Positions 9,533-17,976 of a DNA stretch of 64,000 nt are shown piece by piece. Position 1 is the first letter of the stretch. Every line of letters begins with the position of its first letter. The notes under the pieces were generated by a model. The model worked only from the letters and a program-made list of their open reading frames with translations. It had not been told where the DNA came from and made no database searches. Source of the DNA: Thermoplasmata archaeon (GTDB lineage Archaea; Thermoplasmatota; Thermoplasmata; Lutacidiplasmatales; UBA184); assembly GCA_035656275.1 (NCBI GenBank), contig DASRSW010000070.1, positions 3,026-67,025 on the forward strand, in the 5' to 3' direction. The translations under genes and the position numbers were made by a program.

Positions 9533-10021
9533 TCAGAAAGGGGCCCCGCAGCTGGGACACTTCGCATCCAGCTCGGGGTATACGGTCCGACAGTACGAGC
9601 AGCGAACGAGAATGACCGGCGGACCGGGCGGGACGGGAGGGACATTCACGGTCACGTGGACGGGAGGCGTCAGGGGCGACGGCACCCGAGCCGCCGTCTC
9701 CCGGGCCGCCCGAGCCAGGGACTCGATGGCCCGCGCGAGATGGACGGCGTTCGAGACATGCAATTCCACCCGTGGAGGGCTTCGCGCTTCGGCCGCCCCC
9801 ACCGTGAGGACGACCGTCGTATCCACGCCTCCCGGTTCTTCCACCGCCGACCTGACGGACGTGAGCGGCACGGAGAACGCGGTCTCGCTCTTCCGCGAGA
9901 GGCGGCCCCGGGGGCGAGTGAACGCGACGCGTTGGTTCGTGATCGTCAGCACGCCGGGGTGCCCCTCGTACCGCGCGTCGGTCTGCAATTTGATCTGTTC
10001 GTGCTCCGCGAGGACAAACAT
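9533..10021 (-). CDS. PH/GRAM-like domain protein with C-terminal zinc ribbon
   Basis: 162-aa ORF. The N-terminus (GVLTITNQRVAFTRP) resembles bacterial PH/GRAM-like domains. A Pro-rich linker follows, then CSYCRTVYPELDAKCPSCGAPF (CxxC-x10-CxxC). Confidence 0.5.
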   Translation of the reverse strand: MFVLAEHEQIKLQTDARYEGHPGVLTITNQRVAFTRPRGRLSRKSETAFSVPLTSVRSAVEEPGGVDTTVVLTVGAAEARSPPRVELHVSNAVHLARAIESLARAARETAARVPSPLTPPVHVTVNVPPVPPGPPVILVRCSYCRTVYPELDAKCPSCGAPF

Positions 10022-10386
10022 GGGGTTACCTCACTCGCCGCCCGGCCCGACCTCGGGCCGGATGCGTCGCGCCGCGGTGCGCCGGTTCCCCTGGACTCGC
10101 GGACCGGGGTTCCCGGCGCACCCGCGCGACGGGGTCAGGGATCCTGGTCCCTCTCCCGCGCCCAATGCAGCGTGGGACCGCCGACCTCGGCATGCCGCGC
10201 CTAGACCCCCCAGGGGGAATCGGGCCGAGGATAAAGGCGCCCCGCCGACGGACCTTCGAAGGTGCTACCGGTGGCACGTCCTCAACAAAGGTTGGTGCGG
10301 GAGGCCGTCCGATTCCCTTTCGGGCCCAAAGGTTGCGGGTGGTCATCAGCGAGGGAAGGAAATACTGCGAGGGGTTCCCGTCTCGA

Positions 10387-10911
10387 GTGGCGGCCTCTCC
10401 TCGTCGCCTCCGCAACGTTCCGCTGCTCACGGCCAGCGTGAGCAGTGCGCTCTTGGTCGTCCTGCTCGTCGTGGCCTGGACCACGCCGGCCTTCACCGCT
10501 TCGTCGTCCAGCGTCCTCCGCGCACCGCCGAGCGCCCCCCCCGACCGGGGCACCGGTGCCCTGCCCACCATGGTCATCGTCCCCGCGGGCTCGACCTACC
10601 AGCTTCCGGCGGGCGCGTTCCAATCCGTCGTCTTTCAGCTCTCCATGGCCGCCAGCGTCAACGGATCGTTTTCGGCGAGCGGACTCGTGACCTCGACGAT
10701 TCTCACGGCGGCCGGGTTCGAGTCGTTCGAGACGACGGGTCTCCCCCCCGGTTCCCTGTGGCTGACCGGGCCGTCCTCCGGGGGCTCGGTGGGTATTGCC
10801 CTCCCGGCCGGGACCTACTACCTCGTCTTCGCTGACCTGGGGTCCGCCCACTCGACGTTTGTCAGCGTCGCTTCCGGCATCGCCGCCACTTTCCCTCCAC
10901 CGCCGCCGTAA
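10387..10911 (+). CDS. Secreted hypothetical protein
   Basis: Start placed at GTG 10387, which gives a signal-like N-terminus (MAASPRRLRNVPLLTASVSSALLVVLLVVAW). The longest ORF extends to 10165, and GTG 10339 is also possible. The C-terminus is Pro-rich. Confidence 0.45.
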   Translation: MAASPRRLRNVPLLTASVSSALLVVLLVVAWTTPAFTASSSSVLRAPPSAPPDRGTGALPTMVIVPAGSTYQLPAGAFQSVVFQLSMAASVNGSFSASGLVTSTILTAAGFESFETTGLPPGSLWLTGPSSGGSVGIALPAGTYYLVFADLGSAHSTFVSVASGIAATFPPPPP

Positions 10912-10972
10912 CCCGACCCGGGGCCGGGGCACTCCTCGATCGCCGCGACTCGTGCGGATTCGCCGACGCGGC

Positions 10973-11701
10973 CTAGGCCGCGTCGGGCTGGCTCGAGTTC
11001 TGGTAGGCGCTGTCGACCTGCTCGGTCACGACGGCATGCGGGTGCAGCAGGTGGCCCGCCTTGAGCCGCTTGGTCTCCAGATACCGGGCGTTGTACGGAT
11101 TGGGCGGAACCTCCACCGGAATCCGGCCCACGATCTTGACCCCATGGTACGCGAGGTCCGCGATCTTGGCCGGGTTGTTGGACATGAGCCGGATCGACTC
11201 CACGCGCAGCGAGCTCAGCATGTGGGCGGCGATCTCGTAGTCGCGCTCATCGGGCCGGAACCCCAGGATCTCGTTCGCCTGGATGGTATCGTATCCCTGT
11301 TCCTGGAGCTGGTAGGCGCGGATCTTGTTCGCGAAGCCGATCCCTCTCCCCTCCTGGCGGAGGTAGAGGATGAGGCCCAGCTCCTGCGAGGCGATCTGCC
11401 GCATGGAGAGCTCGAGCTGGTCGCGGCAGTCGCAGCGCAGGGAGCCGAAGCCGTCTCCGGTGAGGCATTCGGAGTGCAGGCGAACCGGCACCTCCGCCTT
11501 CCCGATCACGTCCCCATGGACGAGCGCCGCGTGCTCTTTCTTGTCGTTGGGGCTATGGAACGCCACGACCTGGAAGTCCCCGAACCGCGTGGGAAGGTCC
11601 GCGATGGCCACCAGCCGGACGCAGGCTGGCGTCTGGTCCGAGCAGTCGTGCTCGGCCTGGGAGCGGATGAGCTCCTGAATGCTGGATTCGGGGATTCCCA
11701 T
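10973..11701 (-). CDS. ribA: GTP cyclohydrolase II
   Basis: HSECLTGDGFGSLRCDCRDQL (Zn-site cysteines), YLRQEGRGIGFANKIRAYQLQEQGYDT, MSNNPAKI. Start placed at ATG 11701, which is preceded by GGAGG and by a TATA-like ttaaat about 40 nt upstream. The longest ORF starts at 11734. Confidence 0.9.
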   Translation of the reverse strand: MGIPESSIQELIRSQAEHDCSDQTPACVRLVAIADLPTRFGDFQVVAFHSPNDKKEHAALVHGDVIGKAEVPVRLHSECLTGDGFGSLRCDCRDQLELSMRQIASQELGLILYLRQEGRGIGFANKIRAYQLQEQGYDTIQANEILGFRPDERDYEIAAHMLSSLRVESIRLMSNNPAKIADLAYHGVKIVGRIPVEVPPNPYNARYLETKRLKAGHLLHPHAVVTEQVDSAYQNSSQPDAA

Positions 11702-11788
11702 GGTCGCCTCCGCCGGTCTGCGGCGCACGGCCACCGGGGCATTTAAGCCGAGCCGCCGCAGGGAACGGCCGTCCCCCCGAGCCGCGTG

Positions 11789-12226
11789 TCACGCCCGGAG
11801 AAACGCCCGGTCCTCGGTGTCCACCGATTCGAGGACATTCCGGACGAACCGTCGCTGGGGTAGGAAGAACGGGAGGACCGTGATCCGAAGGTCCCCGTGG
11901 GTCTGGATGCGGGTGCCTCCCGGGGCATCGGTATAGGAGTTCTCAACATAGCTTCCGACCGCCCAGGGTCCTTCGCTCGTCACCACTTCCCATCGGCTGA
12001 ATTCGGGGGCTCGGTACGTGAGCTTCCAGGTCGAGCGGTAGAGTTTCCCCCGCGCGTCGATCGTCCGTTCGACGACGCTCCCGGTCTCGGTGCGACTGAC
12101 GGTTCGCTGAGTCCGGATGAGCGGGTGGATCCGGCCGATCGTAGCGTCGTCCTGGTGGGCGGCCAGTAGCTGCCAGACTCGGTCCCGGGGCGCCGGGAAG
12201 ACGCTGTCGTCACGGTATTCGACCAT
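11789..12226 (-). CDS. SRPBCC (START/polyketide-cyclase-like) family protein
   Basis: 145-aa ORF. The N-terminus (FPAPRDRVWQLL) and the length fit the SRPBCC ligand-binding fold. Confidence 0.6.
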   Translation of the reverse strand: MVEYRDDSVFPAPRDRVWQLLAAHQDDATIGRIHPLIRTQRTVSRTETGSVVERTIDARGKLYRSTWKLTYRAPEFSRWEVVTSEGPWAVGSYVENSYTDAPGGTRIQTHGDLRITVLPFFLPQRRFVRNVLESVDTEDRAFLRA

Positions 12227-12361
12227 GGGCCCCTACCCCTAGCCGGGGCGGGTCAAGAAGGTCGCCCCGGGCTCCGCCAGGAGAGAATCCTCTTAGCGGG
12301 ACCAGGAAGACCCGCCCACGAGGGCGACGAGAGAGGCGGAGGCCAACAGATTCCCCACGCG

Positions 12362-13279
12362 CTACCTGGGCAAGCCCGGCCGGGGCTTCTCGGCCCGCCG
12401 TTGGCGCTCCCAGTGCAGAAGAGCCAGCCCGCCGACGACGAGCGCAAATCCAGCGACCTCGAACCACGCAATCGACTCTCCGAGGAGGGCGATGCCGAGG
12501 AGCACCCCGACAACGGGGTTGACGTAGGCGACCGCGTTCGCCTGCTGGGGACCGACCCGGTGGTGGAGTCGGAAGTAGAGGCCGTAGCCCAGGACGGAGG
12601 AACCGACCGCGAGATACAGGACCGTTCCCACCGTGATGGCGGTGACGGGGAATCGTTCGGTTCCGGCCGTGGCCGCGACCGCCCCGCCCACCAGGATGGC
12701 AGAAGCGGCGAACTGACCGGTCATGTGCCAGTAGCCCTGGCGGCCTCCGCCCAGGCGCCGCAAGACCACCGAGCCGAAGGCAAACAGCGTGCCGGCCCCG
12801 AAGACGGCGAGAGCGCCGAGAAGGTCGACCTCAGGACTTCCCGAAAGACGGGGCAGAAAGATGGTAGCCACGCCGACGAACCCCAGCAGGATCCCCGAGA
12901 GCCCGAGCGCCCCGAATCGTTCCGCCGGGATGAGCGGGTAGGCGAAGAGGGCACTCACCAGCGGCGCGGTCGCGACGAGGATGGTGGCAAGGCTCCCCGG
13001 TGTGGACTGCTCCCCCCAGTACAGGAGGAGCGAGTAGCCTCCCATCAGGAACAACGCCCCCAGGAGGGCGGAGCGAACGAGCTCGCGGGTCGGCGGGCGC
13101 GCTTCGCGATTGGCGAGCGCGACCGCCGCCATGATGGCGGCCGCGAGGACCAGACGGACCTCGGCGTAGAGGAACGGCGAGGCGCCCGCGAGGATCCCGG
13201 CCCGTATCGCGATGAAGGCGGACCCCCAGAGGGTGCCGGTGGCGAGGAGGAGAGCGACGTCCACGTGGGAAGACCGCAT
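12362..13279 (-). CDS. EamA/DMT family transporter
   Basis: 10-TM protein (ALLLATGTLWGSAFIAIRAG..., two EamA halves). Start placed at ATG 13279 (MRSSHVDV). The upstream 212 codons of the 518-aa ORF are Arg/Gly-rich and overlap the sedolisin gene. Confidence 0.8.
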   Translation of the reverse strand: MRSSHVDVALLLATGTLWGSAFIAIRAGILAGASPFLYAEVRLVLAAAIMAAVALANREARPPTRELVRSALLGALFLMGGYSLLLYWGEQSTPGSLATILVATAPLVSALFAYPLIPAERFGALGLSGILLGFVGVATIFLPRLSGSPEVDLLGALAVFGAGTLFAFGSVVLRRLGGGRQGYWHMTGQFAASAILVGGAVAATAGTERFPVTAITVGTVLYLAVGSSVLGYGLYFRLHHRVGPQQANAVAYVNPVVGVLLGIALLGESIAWFEVAGFALVVGGLALLHWERQRRAEKPRPGLPR

Positions 13280-13383
13280 CGACGGGGACCCACGAATCCG
13301 ACGGAGCGGTAAGCCTTGCGCCGCGCTACCTCCGCCTCGTACCCAGCGGCTGCTTCCTCCGGCCCGGCCGGGGACCCGGCGTC

Positions 13384-14634
13384 CTAGGCCGTGGGACTCG
13401 AAGCCAGGAAGGCGGCGAGCGGGTAGGCCTGGAACGAGCCGATCCCCGTGGCGGCGTCCCAACCGACCCCGGCCGCCCACCCGTTGTTTCCCGTGGTCAC
13501 ATCGTGCATCGTCGTCCCGTAGTGGGTCGACTTCCCGTTGACGCCGTAGACGGAGCTGTAGAGGAACGGGTCGAGATTCCCGAGGGCACTGAAGGCATTG
13601 GCCGTCCGCCAGGAGTTGACATCCCCCAGATACGCCGCCCAGATGGGGCAAGCGACGCTCGTTCCGCCGACGACGAACCAGCCTCCGCTCGACTTCTCGT
13701 ACACCCACACCCCGGTCGAGGGATCTGCGACGGCCGCGACATCGGGCTTTCCCAATTCCGCGTAGCTGTCGGAGATGTTCGCCTTCTTTTGGTAACTCGG
13801 CTCTTTGGTGGAGGGGACGTAGCCGCCGCCTCCCCCACTCCAGGCCGACTCGCTCGAGTAGACCCCCGTCGCGTTCACGTTCAGCGTCGTGCCTCCGACG
13901 CCCACCGAACTCGGGCAATCCGCCGGCTGTTGCCGGGCGCCCAGCGTCCCGGAGCCCCAGGCGCCCGAGTCGCCCGTCGAAGCGAGGATGGTGACGTGTT
14001 GGCTCGTCGCCGTCGCGAAGAGTTTACGAGCTACGGAGCCGCAATTGCCCGTTCCGCCCCAGCTGTTCGAGATCTGGTTCCCGAGGTGATGGGTGAGCGA
14101 GTAGTTCCACGCGCCATAGAGGTCGGACGTCGAGGGGTTGGCCGCCTCAAGGAGCGCGATCGACGCGCCGGGCGCCATCGCGTGGGCCCACTCGACGTCG
14201 AGCGCGGTCTCGACTCCCCAGCCGAACGGGTCGGAGCAGGGCTTCCCCTGGGGTTGGTACACCGTGAGATTGGGAGTGGAAAGGCCGAAGGTGGAGTCGA
14301 ACTGAGCGAGGTCGCTGACAATGCTCGCGTCCCCGCACGCATCGTCGATGACGACGGTTTGCCCGGTCCCGTTCGTGGTCGAGTTGGAGAGGAGCGCGGT
14401 GAACTTGTAGGCTGTTTGGACCATGGACGGGCAGAGTCCCGTCGCGGAGCACGTCGGGCTGGTGGCGGGGGTGACCAGGGAGCGGACCAGGAATGGATGG
14501 GCCGTGTCGCCCGCGTACGCGCCCGCCCCGACACCGATGGGAAGCACGAGCCCAGCGACGGCGCAGAGCCCTACGAGGACAGCCAGTGCGGACCGGGCGG
14601 ACCTCGATCTCGATGGGAGCCAACTCGATGCCAT
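13384..14634 (-). CDS. Secreted serine peptidase, family S53 (sedolisin/kumamolisin-like)
   Basis: Signal peptide, ETALDVEW (Glu/Asp of the Ser-Glu-Asp triad), ILASTGDSGA, GGTSVACP (nucleophile Ser). TATA-like attatg about 40 nt upstream. Confidence 0.8.
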   Translation of the reverse strand: MASSWLPSRSRSARSALAVLVGLCAVAGLVLPIGVGAGAYAGDTAHPFLVRSLVTPATSPTCSATGLCPSMVQTAYKFTALLSNSTTNGTGQTVVIDDACGDASIVSDLAQFDSTFGLSTPNLTVYQPQGKPCSDPFGWGVETALDVEWAHAMAPGASIALLEAANPSTSDLYGAWNYSLTHHLGNQISNSWGGTGNCGSVARKLFATATSQHVTILASTGDSGAWGSGTLGARQQPADCPSSVGVGGTTLNVNATGVYSSESAWSGGGGGYVPSTKEPSYQKKANISDSYAELGKPDVAAVADPSTGVWVYEKSSGGWFVVGGTSVACPIWAAYLGDVNSWRTANAFSALGNLDPFLYSSVYGVNGKSTHYGTTMHDVTTGNNGWAAGVGWDAATGIGSFQAYPLAAFLASSPTA

Positions 14635-14772
14635 TGTGTAGCGCCCGCCACCGCGTAGGAGGACCAGGGCATAATCGTTGGCATTTGGTGCGGCGGGGCG
14701 GTGTGCTCGATGCCGGCCTTCGCTGCTTCGAGGGGGGCTTCCCGGGCTTGGACGGCGATGGCTCGAGCGACT

Positions 14773-16056
14773 TCACGGAAGATGATCGGAACTGCCCGGG
14801 CGACGAGTGGGCATCGGCACCGATTCACCACGCGTGGCCGCCCGGGCCGGGGGCTTCGGCCGGATTGCTTCGTCCGCCCCGGCCTTTCGGGCGAAGAGGT
14901 CTCGGCGGGCGAGCAGGAGGGCCAACGCGAGCGCAACCGCCCCCAAAAGTGCGACCAGCGGGAAGGTGCTCCGCACGCCGGTCGTCGACCAGACGGCCCC
15001 GATGACGAGCGGACCGACGAGGAGCCCAAGGTCCTCGACGGAACCAAAGAGTCCGATCGCCGCGCCTTGCTGTGGAGCCGGTACCGGCGAAAGGGCAAGC
15101 GGAAGGAGGGTGGCGTTGAGCCATCCCAGCCCGAGGCCAAACACTAGGGACGCGAGGGTCATCGCGAGAAAGTTCGGGGCCCACCACGTTCCGAGGATCC
15201 CCCCGAGCAGGGCGGCGAATCCGAGCGGAGCCGCGCGACTCGGCCCCCATCGGTCGATCGTGGCCCCGAGGACAAACGAGACCGCGAGGGACGTGAACCG
15301 AACGGCCCCGAGCACGTAGCCGGCCTCCGCGGGGGTCCCGCCGAACAGGTCGACCGAGTAGTACTGGAGGAAGTTGGTCACGAAGGTCGTGAGGAGGAAA
15401 TCGAAGAACACGAGGAGGGCCACCAGCGTAAAGCGGCCGGTCACGACCCCGCGTAAGCTCGCCCCGATCCCGTCACGGGATTCGGGCAAGGCCACCCGTT
15501 TCCACGGGATCGAGACGGCCACGCCGAGGCAGACCGCCAACAACCCCGCGGAGACGAGGGCGACGACCCAGAACCCCGCCGAGGCGAAAACGAGGGGCCC
15601 GGTGGCCGTTCCCAGGATGAGCCCGATGCCGAAGAACGTTCCGAGCCGTCCCGTCCCGCTCGCCGCGGTTCCGGGCCCCCCCGCCGTCACCGCCAGCAGG
15701 CGAAGGAGCGGGGCGAGGTACACTCCGACCGCCCCGAGGAGCAGCTCCGCGACGGCAAACTCCACGAAGTTCGTGGCCAGCCCCAAGAGAAGGGTTGCCC
15801 CGACGACCACGAGGCCGAGGAGCACGAGGGTCCGCGCGCGGGCGAGACGCACGGCGACGACCCCCCAGTAGGTCTCGGTCAGCAACATGCCGAGGGCGAA
15901 CAGTCCCAGGAGCGCGCCGTAATCGAAGACGGAGAGCCCGACGCGTTCCATCTGGAACGGGAGCGGGACGGCGACCTCGGCCAACGAGGCCGACCAGAGC
16001 GCCGTCGTCAGGAACACCCGGGAGATCGCGGGTGTCCCCGGCTCTCCCGTCGCCAC
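14773..16056 (-). CDS. MFS transporter
   Basis: 427-aa ORF with about 12 TM helices and the typical MFS two-halves layout. Confidence 0.75.
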   Translation of the reverse strand: MATGEPGTPAISRVFLTTALWSASLAEVAVPLPFQMERVGLSVFDYGALLGLFALGMLLTETYWGVVAVRLARARTLVLLGLVVVGATLLLGLATNFVEFAVAELLLGAVGVYLAPLLRLLAVTAGGPGTAASGTGRLGTFFGIGLILGTATGPLVFASAGFWVVALVSAGLLAVCLGVAVSIPWKRVALPESRDGIGASLRGVVTGRFTLVALLVFFDFLLTTFVTNFLQYYSVDLFGGTPAEAGYVLGAVRFTSLAVSFVLGATIDRWGPSRAAPLGFAALLGGILGTWWAPNFLAMTLASLVFGLGLGWLNATLLPLALSPVPAPQQGAAIGLFGSVEDLGLLVGPLVIGAVWSTTGVRSTFPLVALLGAVALALALLLARRDLFARKAGADEAIRPKPPARAATRGESVPMPTRRPGSSDHLP

Positions 16057-16101
16057 GACTCGGCGATTCGAAACGGGTAGATGGGCCTTCTGCGGGACGG
16101 G

Positions 16102-16329
16102 CTAAGCGGTATGCGCCGAACGATTGTGCCGGGAGAGTGCGCTCACGGAGGTGAACTTCTTCCGGCAGACGGCACAGACGACTTGGGCGGTCGGCATCGA
16201 CCGCGCGGGGGCATCCGGGGGATGCGATTCCGCCCGATGCGAGGCCAGGGCCTCCTCGGAGCGGAACAGGCGTCCGCAATCGGAACAGGCTGCCTCCACC
16301 TCGTCGTACTCGATGTAGGGCACCGGCAC
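16102..16329 (-). CDS. Small protein with two classical C2H2 zinc fingers
   Basis: CSDCGRLFRSEEALASHRAESH and CAVCRKKFTSVSALSRHNRSAH both fit C-x2-C-x12-H-x4-H with conserved Phe/Leu. Start placed at GTG 16329 (or 16323). The longest ORF (to 16521) would overlap the MscS gene and has a junk-like N-terminus. Confidence 0.55.
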   Translation of the reverse strand: MPVPYIEYDEVEAACSDCGRLFRSEEALASHRAESHPPDAPARSMPTAQVVCAVCRKKFTSVSALSRHNRSAHTA

Positions 16330-16406
16330 CGGTAGGCCGGGAGGGGGTATCTCCGTTGGGGTTGCCGGTGACCGGTCTCCCTCCAGCGGTGCGGGAGCTC
16401 CTAGCC

Positions 16407-16916
16407 CTAGGAATCCAGATCGGACACGAATCGTCCGGCGGCGGAGTGGTTGACGAGCGGCCCGCCCATGAGGGCCGAGTTCCCGATGATGGCCACGGTC
16501 CCGGTATCCAGGACCACCCACGTGTTCCGAAGCGCGACGCGGGCGACGCGGCCCTTGACGCCGCCGAACTCAATGACGTCCCCGACGCGGACGGCCCGGT
16601 CGTGGAGCAGAAAGAAACCGGCGATGATGTTCGAGAACACGGCCTGGAGCGACAGCGACAGCACGAGCCCGGCGATGCCCGTGACGGTCAGGACGGTGAA
16701 CTCGGTCGCGAGCTGGGTCAGGCTCGCCACGGCGGCGACGGAAATGAGGATCCAGATGATCCGGAGCGCGTTGCGGATCCCGTTGACCGTCACGACGCGA
16801 GCGCCGGCCCGCCGGGCTATCGCGCGGAGGAGGCGGCTGGCCCCTTCCGTGACGAGTCCGGTGACGACCACCGCGGCGACCGAGAGCTCGACCGTCTGAG
16901 GGGTGATGGTGAGCAT
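16407..16916 (-). CDS. Mechanosensitive ion channel family protein (short MscS-like)
   Basis: TM helices followed by the MscS pore/beta-domain signature QAVFSNIIAGFFLLHDRAVRVGDVIEFGGVKGRVARVALRNTWV. Confidence 0.75.
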   Translation of the reverse strand: MLTITPQTVELSVAAVVVTGLVTEGASRLLRAIARRAGARVVTVNGIRNALRIIWILISVAAVASLTQLATEFTVLTVTGIAGLVLSLSLQAVFSNIIAGFFLLHDRAVRVGDVIEFGGVKGRVARVALRNTWVVLDTGTVAIIGNSALMGGPLVNHSAAGRFVSDLDS

Positions 16917-17140
16917 GGCAGAGCGCCGTCCTCAAGAAACCGCCCAAGTAAAGCTGACTGGAGAGGGCGCTCGCGCGAGTGTTCTCGATCCTCCTTCGAG
17001 AGCGGCACCCAGCAGATGCACCGGCGAGACGATGCATCGGTCGGTTGGAGTCCTCGCGACATTGCATCTGCCCGCGCCCAGAGAGCGGCCCCGGCCAGCC
17101 AGGGGGCCAGGAGGACACGGTCGGCGGCGGGACAGTCGGC

Positions 17141-17872
17141 CTAGATACCGGGAACGCCACCAATGACGTGGCCGATCAGGAACCCGGCGAACCCCCCGAG
17201 GAGGCCGATGACCGTCATCTGGAGCCCGTTGCGCCACCAGACTCCCAGCGTCACGCGCGCCTCATACCATCCAATGCCGAACAGGGCGACGCCACTCAGC
17301 ACGACCGCGCCGATGGCGCCCGCAAAGATGTCCTGGCCGATGAACAGGAAGGGAAGGAGCGGGATCAAGTGTCCGACCGTCGTCGCGCCGCCGACGAGGA
17401 GACCGCTGTTCCGGGCCGCGGTCTCGTCCACGGGGGAGAGCTTGAGCTCGAACGCCATCATGAATTCGAGCATCGCCGTTGGGTTCGCGCAGATCCGCTC
17501 GAGGATGTCCTGGAGCTCGCCGCCCTGGTAGCCCCAGTCGGACAGCACCTGTCGGACCTCCTCGCGCTCCACCTCGGGGAGGTCCCGCATCTCCCGCAGC
17601 TCGCGCTTCCGCTCGCTGAGGTAGAGGCGGCGTCGGGAAAGCGTCGACGTGTACGCGACCGCTCCCATCGCGATCGACTCGGCCCCCAGGGCGGCGAGCG
17701 TCGCGATCAGGATGATGCGGACGTCGCTGACGGCGGCCGCGAGACCGAGGATGATCCCGAGGACGTTGACGATGCCGTCCTGGCAGCCCAGGATGAAATC
17801 GGAAAGCACGGTGGGTCGGGGGTGCGCCTCCGGCGCCGCCAGCTTGGCCTGGGATTCGGGAGTTCCGCTCAT
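17141..17872 (-). CDS. VIT1/CCC1-family iron/manganese transporter
   Basis: DFILGCQDGIVNVLGIILGLAAA, a cytoplasmic Glu-rich helical domain, and C-terminal TM helices. Start placed at ATG 17872 (the longest ORF starts at 17950). Confidence 0.8.
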   Translation of the reverse strand: MSGTPESQAKLAAPEAHPRPTVLSDFILGCQDGIVNVLGIILGLAAAVSDVRIILIATLAALGAESIAMGAVAYTSTLSRRRLYLSERKRELREMRDLPEVEREEVRQVLSDWGYQGGELQDILERICANPTAMLEFMMAFELKLSPVDETAARNSGLLVGGATTVGHLIPLLPFLFIGQDIFAGAIGAVVLSGVALFGIGWYEARVTLGVWWRNGLQMTVIGLLGGFAGFLIGHVIGGVPGI

Positions 17873-17976
17873 CCAGATCTCCGGCTCGGACCTGCCGCCG
17901 GGGAATCCCGTACGGACGGCCCTCGGTATCCGGCCGCACGGATAAGCCATCCTCGACCCCGCCGGGGGCGAGGGAG

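Noticed and set aside
13280-13918. N-terminal 212-codon extension of the EamA ORF (12362-13918)
   Set aside because: The extension is Arg/Gly-rich and overlaps the sedolisin gene. The transporter begins naturally at MRSSHVDV (13279).
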